Source of the DNA: Candidatus Latescibacterota bacterium
GTDB taxonomy: Bacteria > Latescibacterota > UBA2968
Direction: 5' to 3'
NCBI GenBank assembly: GCA_965204375.1
Contig: OZ241986.1
Coordinates: 5,888,001 to 5,952,000, forward strand
Length of the DNA: 64,000 nt
Position 1 is the first letter of the stretch. Each line of letters begins with the position of its first letter. The notes under the pieces are model-generated. The model saw only the letters and a list, made by a program, of their open reading frames with translations. It did no database searches and was not told where the DNA came from. Positions 9,654 to 18,188 of this stretch are shown here, piece by piece. Made by a program: the position numbers and the translations under genes.

Positions 9654-10972
9654 TTTATGCCAAACCTGTCTTCCCAATTATCCAGCGTGACAAAACGGTC
9701 GTTTTCGACAACTGTGTAATAGACTCGCTGTAACCCCTGTCGTCGGTCTGGTCCAAAAGAGACCTGTTCGCCGATGCCCAGATCGAAATCTCGAATGCTG
9801 AAGACCGCGTCTTCGAGCTGGCTTCGCTGTGGGGTGTCGCCGAGGCGGCGCAGAATTTCAACCATCAATTTGGCGTTGAGAAATCCCTCGAGGCTGACAA
9901 AGCTGTGCGCGAAGGGGGTGTAGTCTTCTGTCACCAGTTCTTCAGGTGGTTGCGGGGCGTATTGTTGCATCATTTCGCGGTACTCCTGGACGGCTGGCGT
10001 GGATGTTTCTTCGTAGCTGGGCACGACCTGAGAGTTTACGAGCAGTTGCGTGTATGAGTCGCTGTTGTCCTGTCCTTCTGTGAGGAGTTTCAAGAGGTTT
10101 TCACTTCCGACAAAGGACAGGTTGGCAATGGGAACGCGCAGGCCCAGGTTGACGGCGTCGCGCGCAAAGGCCGCACAAGCTGCATAGGCTCCAATGCAGA
10201 TCACTGCTTCCGGGTCTGATGCTTTTAGTATTTCGACCTGTTTTCGCATGCTGCCGGTAAATTTTTCTCCGCGCCGGTACGTGGCTTCGCCCACTATTTG
10301 TTCTCCGTGCCGCTTCAGGGCACTTCTTACGCCTGCCCATCCACTGCGACCATAAGCATCGGCTTGATAGAATACGGCAATGCGTTTTCGGTTGATGCGA
10401 ACAAAATTATCCACGAGACCGGCGGTTTCCTGGCGGTAGGAAGCGCGCAGATTAAAGGCAAAGTCGCCATAAGGTGGTTCTCGTTGCGGTTGCGCGCCGG
10501 TGAATGGAAAGAATAAGAAGATGTTTTTGTCCTGGAATTTTTTGAGCATGGGGAGCACGCGGGTTACGGTGGGCGTTCCGACATAACCGAAGAGCAAAAA
10601 TACTTCGTCTTCCAACATCAATTTCAGGGTGTTTTTGACAGAGGGGTCGGGCTGGTAGCCGTCGTCATAGGTTTTGAGAACTACTTTGCGTCCCGCAATA
10701 CCCCCTTGCTGATTGATGTGTGTGAAGTACGCACTGGCACCGCGATACAGTTCGATGCCCAAACCCCGGGATGGACCGGAGAATGCAGCGGATACGCCGA
10801 GTATGATCTCGGTGTCGGTGATGCCAGATGATGTCCGTGTCATGGTGTGCCTCCTTGTTTGTGGTTCAAGCTGGCCGGTGTTGGCGACCACTGTCAGAGT
10901 TTTCAACCAGGGGGCGATCGCGCAACAGGCAAGACCGGAACGGATGAGTGCTCTTCTCGTTATTGGTTTCAT
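9650..10972 (-). CDS. periplasmic substrate-binding protein (branched-chain amino acid/PBP type 1), Tat-like signal
   Basis: TRRALI N-terminus; GVSAAFSGP, YDDGYQP, GYVGTPT, NLRASY. Confidence 0.88.
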   Translation of the reverse strand: MKPITRRALIRSGLACCAIAPWLKTLTVVANTGQLEPQTRRHTMTRTSSGITDTEIILGVSAAFSGPSRGLGIELYRGASAYFTHINQQGGIAGRKVVLKTYDDGYQPDPSVKNTLKLMLEDEVFLLFGYVGTPTVTRVLPMLKKFQDKNIFLFFPFTGAQPQREPPYGDFAFNLRASYRQETAGLVDNFVRINRKRIAVFYQADAYGRSGWAGVRSALKRHGEQIVGEATYRRGEKFTGSMRKQVEILKASDPEAVICIGAYAACAAFARDAVNLGLRVPIANLSFVGSENLLKLLTEGQDNSDSYTQLLVNSQVVPSYEETSTPAVQEYREMMQQYAPQPPEELVTEDYTPFAHSFVSLEGFLNAKLMVEILRRLGDTPQRSQLEDAVFSIRDFDLGIGEQVSFGPDRRQGLQRVYYTVVENDRFVTLDNWEDRFGIK

Positions 10973-11008
10973 ACGGGATATGCTCTTTCGCAGGATGCCC
11001 AGACTTGA

Positions 11009-11809
11009 TCATTCTTCAAGTGTTGGGCGATTTAGCCGCGTGTGATAGGGCGGTTCCATGACCGCGCGTTGTCGTTCGTTTGCCCATTCGGGTATGTCGT
11101 AGGCGCGTACATACGCCATGTTGCCGGCGGTGTAGCGGGTGAGCGTTGACCGCCGTGGATGGTCCGCTTTCCAGGGCAGGGTGCCGTGTGTGACGGCTTC
11201 TGTGAAGATGATTGCGTCGCCTGCCTTACAGGTGATCTGGCGGATGTGTTCCTGGTGTTTCTGGTAGAGACGCATTTCCTGCGGACAGGGATAATTGCTT
11301 TTGTGCGATCCCGGGATGAGAGAGAGACCGCCGTCGCCCGGGTTGACATCGGTGAGTTGGATGGAGACGACGGTGAGGCCGTTGTGCATTTTGCCGTTTT
11401 TAAAAATATAATACTGGTTGGGGTCAAATCCAGGTCCAGAGGAGCCGTGAAACCGATGGCCTTCGGCGCCTTTATCCATCCAGAGTAGGAACATCTGGTG
11501 GTCGATGCGAAAGCCTTTGCCGAGTATTTCGTTGAGGTAGGGCACTATGAGGGGGTGCGCCAGCATGTCGCGGAAGGGATTGCACCAGGGTTCGTCCCAG
11601 TGGATGAGGCTGCCGAGTTCGCCGCGACCATGCGTGCCCTCAAGGGCTGGTGATTCGCCGTCGAGACGCTGTTCTCTCGGGCGAGTGCGCCCTTTGTCGA
11701 GGTGGCGGTCAACCGCTTCGTTCGCCAGGGCGAGTTCGTCTTCGGTTAAAACGTTTTCAACGACGAGATACCCGTTGAGGTCAAAGAGATATTTTTCGTC
11801 TTCAGTCAT
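11009..11809 (-). CDS. phytanoyl-CoA dioxygenase (PhyH) family protein
   Basis: YLFDLNGYLV, DGGLSLIPGSHK, FTEAVTHGT. Confidence 0.85.
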   Translation of the reverse strand: MTEDEKYLFDLNGYLVVENVLTEDELALANEAVDRHLDKGRTRPREQRLDGESPALEGTHGRGELGSLIHWDEPWCNPFRDMLAHPLIVPYLNEILGKGFRIDHQMFLLWMDKGAEGHRFHGSSGPGFDPNQYYIFKNGKMHNGLTVVSIQLTDVNPGDGGLSLIPGSHKSNYPCPQEMRLYQKHQEHIRQITCKAGDAIIFTEAVTHGTLPWKADHPRRSTLTRYTAGNMAYVRAYDIPEWANERQRAVMEPPYHTRLNRPTLEE

Positions 11810-11832
11810 TGTAAATCTTCCGATTCAGGGTT

Positions 11833-11860
11833 TTCAATATTTGTGCGGACGACGAGCGTA
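11833..11860. repeat. 28-bp direct repeat copy (RDD 3'-end duplicate)
   Basis: TTCAATATTTGTGCGGACGACGAGCGTA identical to 12754-12781. Confidence 0.9.
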
Positions 11861-11869
11861 TTTTTGGGC

Positions 11870-12361
11870 TTATTTGAAAATTGGGTCTGTTGTTCGAAAT
11901 TTGAGATTGTCTTTTGTCTCGATTTCAGTAATGACCTTCCTCACATCGGCTTGCATCAAAATCCCATGTACCCATAACGCACGCAAAATTTCAGTCAAGT
12001 TGACGCAATCTATTCCGTTTCCCAGGCAGTGATGCTTAACCCGTCGCTCGTTGCTAACAAAAATGGCACTCAACCGCTTGCAGAGTGCCATTGACTCGCG
12101 CTCTCCTGCACCAAGCGTCCAGGGCAAGGTCGCCATGAACCTTTGGTCAACAGCCGTCGGATGATATGTTACGATTCGCCCTTGAGAATGCAACGCCATG
12201 ATGTGTTGTGCAAAGTCAAATCCCTTAGCGACACCCGTTTGGAGTTCGTTCTCTACAGCAGCGGAAATGCTGAGCAGGTCCTCATTAAGTACTGTAAACA
12301 GCAAGGGTAGCTGTTGAATTTTAGCGAATATGGAAAGCACATCTGTATCAATAAAAACCAC
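11870..12361 (-). CDS. PIN-domain toxin-like protein (DUF3368-like)
   Basis: FIDTDVLS, LGAGERESMALC, VSNE. Confidence 0.8.
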   Translation of the reverse strand: MVFIDTDVLSIFAKIQQLPLLFTVLNEDLLSISAAVENELQTGVAKGFDFAQHIMALHSQGRIVTYHPTAVDQRFMATLPWTLGAGERESMALCKRLSAIFVSNERRVKHHCLGNGIDCVNLTEILRALWVHGILMQADVRKVITEIETKDNLKFRTTDPIFK

Positions 12362-12393
12362 GACTAAGCCCCTTTGGCGCTGTCGTTTGATTT

Positions 12394-12714
12394 CTACTGT
12401 CGTTTGATGAGCGAAATACCTGCTTGCAAGCCTTCGGTTTCATCGACTTCGACAATTTTTGATATGCCTTTCGCTTCCAGCATGGCTTCAAACTCAAAAC
12501 GGTGGATTCCAGCCAATTCCGCGGCTCTGGCGAGCGTCACTTCATGCTGTTGATAGAGCAAAATTGCGGCATCAAGGCGAGATTCCTTTTTGGTAGTGAC
12601 CAGTTTTTTAAGGGCATCGGTTATCAACGCATGCGCGTCGGCATAAAGCCCCGCGTCAATCAGGGCGTTCACTTCTTTCTCGAGGTCGGGTGAGTGAATT
12701 TCGATCTGGAGCAT
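12394..12714 (-). CDS. UPF0175 family putative antitoxin
   Basis: AILLYQQHEVTLARAAELAGIHRFEF..L..KGI. Confidence 0.82.
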   Translation of the reverse strand: MLQIEIHSPDLEKEVNALIDAGLYADAHALITDALKKLVTTKKESRLDAAILLYQQHEVTLARAAELAGIHRFEFEAMLEAKGISKIVEVDETEGLQAGISLIKRQ

Positions 12715-13239
12715 GGCTATCGCTTCCTTTTGTGGCGATCAATCGTCAAGGTCTTCAATATTTGTGCGGACGACGAGCGTACTGGCAATAAAGTCGTGCA
12801 GGGCACGGCGTTTCTCATTTGTGAGCATGGTAAACAATTCTACTGCATACCATAATAAAAACATTGAGGTAAGTAAGGCAAGTCCTCTTGGGGGAATACT
12901 CGTTGTTCCAATTGCGAAATAGTAAGCATGGTACACTGTGAAGGCGATGATAAATAAAGTAGGGATGCTATCCCGCATTATGGCGTGTCTGAAAGATATG
13001 GGATTATGTGTTTTGGCATCAACGATTTTAACTCGGGTAACCATTTTGCCGATGGTTTGCCCATACGTTCCATGCAGGTATATGCTATAAATTATCCATA
13101 GAAGAGATCGTAGAGATGAAACGGTTAAGAGTAACCAAACAGAGCTGTCGGGTTTCTGAATAAAATCGAGGATGGTGTGCAATGGCCATACTGCAAGACT
13201 ATCGACAAAGCTTGCCCAGAATCTGGGACAAAAGGTTAA

Positions 13240-14950
13240 CCTGAAAAATTCATAAAAAAGGTAGTTTCCTTATTCAAGTTATTGTATTATTATAGGTTAT
13301 GGCAATAACCATTGAACAATAAACTTGGAGGAAACTACCGTGGGTTCCCAAGATAATCATCACAAGGTTCCTTTGGCAAGCATTTTCGGCAAACGTGTCA
13401 ATATCGCCTTTGATGGGGGCATCCTCACCAGTGATAGCGGCGCCTTATTGCTTCGAGAGGTGGAGGCCAGATCAGGTCTATTAGCACGCATCGGTGATGC
13501 CATCACGGATCGCCGGCATAAAAGTTATGTGGCTCATCGTGTGGCAGAGTTGATTAAACAGCGCGTGTTCCAGATTGCCTGCGGGTATGAAGATGCCAAT
13601 GATTGCAATGCCTTACGCAGTGATCCCGGCATCAAGGCTGCCTGTGGTGTCTTGCCCCTTTCAGGTGCCGACTTAGCCAGTCAACCGACGATGAGTCGTT
13701 TTGAGAACCAGATCAGGAGAAGCGAGTTGTATCGCATTGCCTGTGCCTTCCTCGATTGTTTTATCGCCTCTTATGCCCAGCCCCCTGCTGCGATTATCTT
13801 AGATATCGATGATACACAGGATACAGTTTATGGGACACAGCAGTTGTCCCTATTCAATGGGTATTTGGGTGCCTATTGCTATCAGCCCTTGCACATTTAT
13901 GAAGGACAAACCGGCAAGTTGATCACCACAGTTTTGCGTCCCGGTGTGCGACCAACAGGCCAACAGATTGTCGCCATACTCAAGCGTTTGGTGGCCTATC
14001 TGCGTCAGGCTTGGCCTGATGTGGCGATCATCTTGCGGGGTGATGCCCACTTTTCTTGTCCACAAGTCCATCAGTTGTGTGCCGATAGTGACCTGTATTT
14101 TATCCTTGGACAGACCAGCAATGCGAAGTTGAGACAGTTGGCAAAGCCCCTGATTGAGCAGGCGAAAAGGCTTTATGCACATACAAAGAAGCCTGTGCGT
14201 CTTTTTACCTCGTTTTGCTATCAAGCAAAGAGTTGGAACAAGGCACAACGCATCGTATGCAAGGTAGAAATCAGTGACCGAGGCCAAAACACCCGCTTTG
14301 TCGTGACCAACCTTGAAAGTTCACAAGCCTCCTTTATCTACCAAAGCGTGTATTGTGCGCGCGGACAGATGGAAAACTTCATTAAAAATCACAAAACCTT
14401 TCTCCACTCTGACCGCACATCCTGTCACAGCTTTACTGCCAATCAGTTCCGTCTCTTCCTCCATTCGGCTGCCTATGTCCTGATACAGACATTGGCGCAA
14501 ATCGGATTGAAAGGCACAACGTGGACAAACGCGCAGGTCAATACCATACAAAATCGCTTTCTCAAAGTCGCCGGACGCATCTGTGAATTGAAAACGAAGA
14601 TTACGTTCCATTTGCCTGCGTCCTTTCCAGTGCAACATCTGTATCATAAAATCCTACACAATCTGGCAAAGGCTTTCCCCTAACGCAAAATACGGGGGAG
14701 GGGAGGCAGACACCATCACTTGCTGACTGGACACGACACATACACCGCCTTGTGCAAAGACGCGGCAGGCAAGGGGCGTGTCTGTCCTTTTTGCCAACCA
14801 CAGGCACGCACACCCGATGAAATGGACCAAACAGACCCCTGTAAAGACCCAATCGAGTCCGACAAGAACAGAAAAACAATGAACGAGAGCTTGGAACACC
14901 GAAATGATTACATAATTATCCTATTCTTCAACTTTCATGAATTAGTCGGG
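13240..14950 (+). mobile_element. IS1380 family insertion sequence
   Basis: Imperfect IRs CCTGAAAAATTCATAAAA / CCCGACTAATTCATGAAA (14/18), flanked by TTAA duplication at 13236-13239 and 14951-14954. Confidence 0.93.
13340..14683 (+). CDS. IS1380 family DDE transposase
   Basis: FDGGILTSDSG, GYEDAND, LASQPTMSR, LDIDDT, LRGDA, YCARGQMENFIK. Confidence 0.95.
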   Translation: MGSQDNHHKVPLASIFGKRVNIAFDGGILTSDSGALLLREVEARSGLLARIGDAITDRRHKSYVAHRVAELIKQRVFQIACGYEDANDCNALRSDPGIKAACGVLPLSGADLASQPTMSRFENQIRRSELYRIACAFLDCFIASYAQPPAAIILDIDDTQDTVYGTQQLSLFNGYLGAYCYQPLHIYEGQTGKLITTVLRPGVRPTGQQIVAILKRLVAYLRQAWPDVAIILRGDAHFSCPQVHQLCADSDLYFILGQTSNAKLRQLAKPLIEQAKRLYAHTKKPVRLFTSFCYQAKSWNKAQRIVCKVEISDRGQNTRFVVTNLESSQASFIYQSVYCARGQMENFIKNHKTFLHSDRTSCHSFTANQFRLFLHSAAYVLIQTLAQIGLKGTTWTNAQVNTIQNRFLKVAGRICELKTKITFHLPASFPVQHLYHKILHNLAKAFP

Positions 14951-15107
14951 TTAAATACTGTTTCTCTGAAGGAACCTTGAGATTCTTATAAAACAACCAC
15001 ACAATCAATGAAGGGACAAAAAAGATACATAACGCAAGCCAATTGGGAGATACATACAAGATACACCTCCTGTTGTATCTTGTTCGGGTAGATACGGATA
15101 ATTGTAT

Positions 15108-15388
15108 TTATGATTTTCTTTTGTTTTTTTCTGATTGCAGCAATAAATCAAACCATTTAAGCAAATCGTCTTTGATTTCATCAAGATCGGCTGCTAAATT
15201 ATAATGCTTCAAAATATATATAGAATTCTTCATAGTTCATTATTTGGGTTAAGATAAAATGCTAATATATTGCTACTTACGTTTTCATAGTGGGGATAAC
15301 CTGTTATATCAAATATGCTTTTTGAGATATCGGGAATTGACTCAAACTCAAAAAGCAATTCCCAATAATCATCATAGCTACTGGTCAT
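15108..15388 (-). pseudogene. internally deleted PD-(D/E)XK nuclease (PDDEXK_4-like) remnant
   Basis: AT-rich; MTSSYDDYWELL...IFDITGYPHYENVSSNILAFYLNPNNE then out-of-frame C-terminal tail ...KDDLLKWFDLLLQSEKNKRKS*. Confidence 0.6.
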
Positions 15389-15456
15389 TGTGATATTTCC
15401 GTCAATTATAACGTTTCAGGTTTGGTGCTATCGTTTCTTTTTTATGGATCGTGAGA

Positions 15457-16902
15457 TTATTTCACTAAACTCGCATACGCTTCTCGTCCCTGGCGGAACA
15501 GGTCTTTGACTTCTTCGCGTTGCTGGTCGGTGTTGTAGCGTCCATAGGTGTCGATCCATTTGAGCGCGTCTTCGATGCCGTTGAGGAAATACTGTGCGGA
15601 TTCGTTGCGCTCGGCAGGTGGACGACCACAGGTAAGATAAACCGGGCTGCTGTGCGCGTAGATCGATTGGTCAAAGCTGTCGCGCTGGTTGCCCCACAGC
15701 CGGGCTGCGACCCAGCCGTCGCGATTGATATTTACCCGATGGCGAATGGCACCCTCGCGTTTACCTTCGGGATAGTTTTCTCTGTGGATGATACGGCCAT
15801 TCATCGCGATTTCAGCGCAGTGAATGGGGTAAAAGGATGTGAATGTGGATTCTATGTCGAGCGAGCCGCCAGAAGGCAATTCGACCGTGGCACCCATGGG
15901 GTGGTCGTTTACGTTTAGATCAATGGCGGGACCATTGGTGATAAAGGTGTTGCCCGATTTCATACCGGCAATCCAGTTTTCGTAGGAGAACGCGCCTTTG
16001 GTGTTGACATAGACGCGGTTGTTGGAGCAGACGAACCAGTCGGTGCCGGTAGAGGCAGGCAAGGCGATGCCGCAGTTGAGCAGTTTATACCACAGGTCGT
16101 ATTCGGGGTCCATCCAGAAGGGGTCGAACAGGTTGAAGGCGTCCAGTTTGCCCAGTGCCGCGGCAATAGGGGCTTCCATACCGCGACCGTTGTGACACCA
16201 TATTACAATGCCGCCTTGATCGCGGGCTTCGTCGCAGCAAAAGCACAGCGGGGGATAGTCGGGGTCGAATTGCGCGGTGAGGATGTGGCCGCGGCTGACG
16301 GGTTGGATGAGGTTGCGGATGTTGAGGAACATGACGTGCCCATATCCGAACCCCCAGGGCGAGTTTTCGCCGTAGTGGCGGTTTTCTTCGCCGATGTCGA
16401 GTACGTGGTGTGCAGTGGTAAATTCGTTCATCACGCCGATGGGATATTTGTTGCTGGCGTAGGGGAGTTGTCTTCTGTCGAGGACGCTTACGACGGTGAC
16501 GTTGTAGCCTTCCACGCTACAGTCAATGGCGAGTCGGTCGTCGGGACGGGTTTCTTTTTCGTCGTAGTGGATGTGCGTGTTGCCCGGATACCAGTTGTTT
16601 TTTTGGGGAATATACCAGCGGTTGAGGGCGATTTCGACGTCTTTGACGCCGTTTTCCGGCATTTCGACTACGGTGCGGATGGGTTCGTATTCCGTGCCGC
16701 GTTCGACCAGTATGTCGGTGCGCCCGCGCGAGGCTTGAACTTCAAATTCGCCATCGCAGAAAAAGAAGGGCGTGCCGGGTCCGCGTTTGAGCATGGCATC
16801 GCGCGGGTGGCAAAAACGACCGTTGGCGGTCAGGACGTGTACTTTGGCGTTGATGTGTTCGCCTGTCGCGCTGTCGATAATATGTCCGTGCAGGGTGCCC
16901 AT
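15457..16902 (-). CDS. CehA/McbA family (PHP-like) metallohydrolase
   Basis: WYPGNTHIH, GEE, GH, WCH, TGTD, G.TFITNGP, AHSSPVY. Confidence 0.8.
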   Translation of the reverse strand: MGTLHGHIIDSATGEHINAKVHVLTANGRFCHPRDAMLKRGPGTPFFFCDGEFEVQASRGRTDILVERGTEYEPIRTVVEMPENGVKDVEIALNRWYIPQKNNWYPGNTHIHYDEKETRPDDRLAIDCSVEGYNVTVVSVLDRRQLPYASNKYPIGVMNEFTTAHHVLDIGEENRHYGENSPWGFGYGHVMFLNIRNLIQPVSRGHILTAQFDPDYPPLCFCCDEARDQGGIVIWCHNGRGMEAPIAAALGKLDAFNLFDPFWMDPEYDLWYKLLNCGIALPASTGTDWFVCSNNRVYVNTKGAFSYENWIAGMKSGNTFITNGPAIDLNVNDHPMGATVELPSGGSLDIESTFTSFYPIHCAEIAMNGRIIHRENYPEGKREGAIRHRVNINRDGWVAARLWGNQRDSFDQSIYAHSSPVYLTCGRPPAERNESAQYFLNGIEDALKWIDTYGRYNTDQQREEVKDLFRQGREAYASLVK

Positions 16903-17000
16903 CGTACGCTCCGGTTATTCGAGATGTTTCTGCAATAGCGTTTCGAGAATTCGATCAAATATTCCTTGCAGCCCCTCTCAGAGCCACAAGGAACGCCTGA

Positions 17001-17420
17001 TTATAAGTCGAGCTTGTCTGCAAATGCCAGCATTTTTGCTTCAACCTCCTGGGCAATCGGTTGTAGTGTTTCCTGGTCGATCTCGATTTGCTGTATCCTT
17101 TCATCCAAATTTGTCGTGAGACAAAAACGCAGGTTGTGTGTCAAGTCGTGCATCGCGTGCTCAATATGGTCTCGAACCGTTCCGGGAGGGTACATCCATT
17201 GCCTTGCCCGGGTCTGTTTCAGGTTGATGTGGCAGTGACCTTTCCCGCCGTGTTTTTTTGCCTCTCCAAAGCAGTCCAGACGCAAAACTTCCTGATTGTA
17301 TGCATAAACAGATGCTGCGGGTCCGTAACCCGCGCGGTCGTTCCGCCAATAGACTTCCAATCGCACATCGTCTTGTATCGGATATGTCGTCCGATCTTGT
17401 CTGCCTGGTTGTGTATCCAT
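17001..17420 (-). CDS. hypothetical protein
   Basis: 139-aa ORF with AGGAG RBS; EVLRLDCF...GHCH motif. Confidence 0.7.
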   Translation of the reverse strand: MDTQPGRQDRTTYPIQDDVRLEVYWRNDRAGYGPAASVYAYNQEVLRLDCFGEAKKHGGKGHCHINLKQTRARQWMYPPGTVRDHIEHAMHDLTHNLRFCLTTNLDERIQQIEIDQETLQPIAQEVEAKMLAFADKLDL

Positions 17421-17493
17421 GACAGTTCTCCTTTATTTTGGCCCGTTATGGCCTGTGAGCAGCTTGGTGGATGACGTATTGCTCCTTGAGCTT

Positions 17494-17590
17494 GTCATTG
17501 CGGCAGGGTTTTAGCCGCAATCCAGAAGGTTTTGGGGACTATTGCGGCACGGTGTTGAACCGCCACGCCGCAGGCACGACGAAGTAATCC
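17494..17590. repeat. tandem pair of GTCATTGCGGC REP-like palindromes
   Basis: GTCATTGCGGCAGGGTTTTAGCCGCAATCCAGAAGGTTTTGG followed by a degenerate copy carrying the 22-nt insertion. Confidence 0.8.
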
Positions 17591-17624
17591 ACGATGTATC
17601 AGATTTTGAACATGTCAATGTATT

Positions 17625-18188
17625 TCATGAAGTAATTGCATGTTCTGAGAGTTTGCCGACAAATTCATCGGACGGCAAAATTTCGACCTCATCGACAATG
17701 TTGGGTGATAAAACACCTTTCAGTTCATTGGATAAAGGATCTTTCAGATTGCGAAAAAATCTTGCGTCCCTTGTCGAATACCTGCCACTAACCACGATCC
17801 AGAACTTGTAATTTTTTGCTTCCAGAAGTTCTTTCGCGTCTTCGCATACCGCAGATAGGCGACATAATACGAGCATTGATCCATAAGCTTTTAGTCGATT
17901 TTCTTGACGGATGTACCTGTCGATAAATTGCTTTTGATCGGTGCTTTCGAGATAATGATATTCGTTTTGCAAATTCCTGTGCTGATCTATGAGCCTGGTT
18001 TCTTCGATCAAGATAATAGTATCGTCCTTGCTGAGCAGGAAATAATCACAGCAATTACAAGGACCTAAACCAACATCTTTCCGCATATCAGGTTGCGGCG
18101 ATTCGCCATCCATGCGGTATGCACGGTGGTCTTTAAGAGGTGTACCAGCAAGTTCAATCGGTTCCAGGAATTTTTCGAGGTCAATCAT
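17625..18188 (-). CDS. hypothetical protein, possible restriction-endonuclease-fold partner of the ATPase
   Basis: CDYF...IILIEET resembles PD-(D/E)xK; ATGA overlap with ATPase. Confidence 0.65.
   Translation of the reverse strand: MIDLEKFLEPIELAGTPLKDHRAYRMDGESPQPDMRKDVGLGPCNCCDYFLLSKDDTIILIEETRLIDQHRNLQNEYHYLESTDQKQFIDRYIRQENRLKAYGSMLVLCRLSAVCEDAKELLEAKNYKFWIVVSGRYSTRDARFFRNLKDPLSNELKGVLSPNIVDEVEILPSDEFVGKLSEHAITS

Larger units (their letters stand above)
12739..15059 (-). pseudogene. RDD family membrane protein interrupted by IS1380
   Basis: Joining 15059-14951 to 13235-12739 gives an in-frame 202-codon ORF (TTG start after GGAGG; QYLTFCPRFWASFVD...GQTIGK...RRALHDFIAST). Confidence 0.88.
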
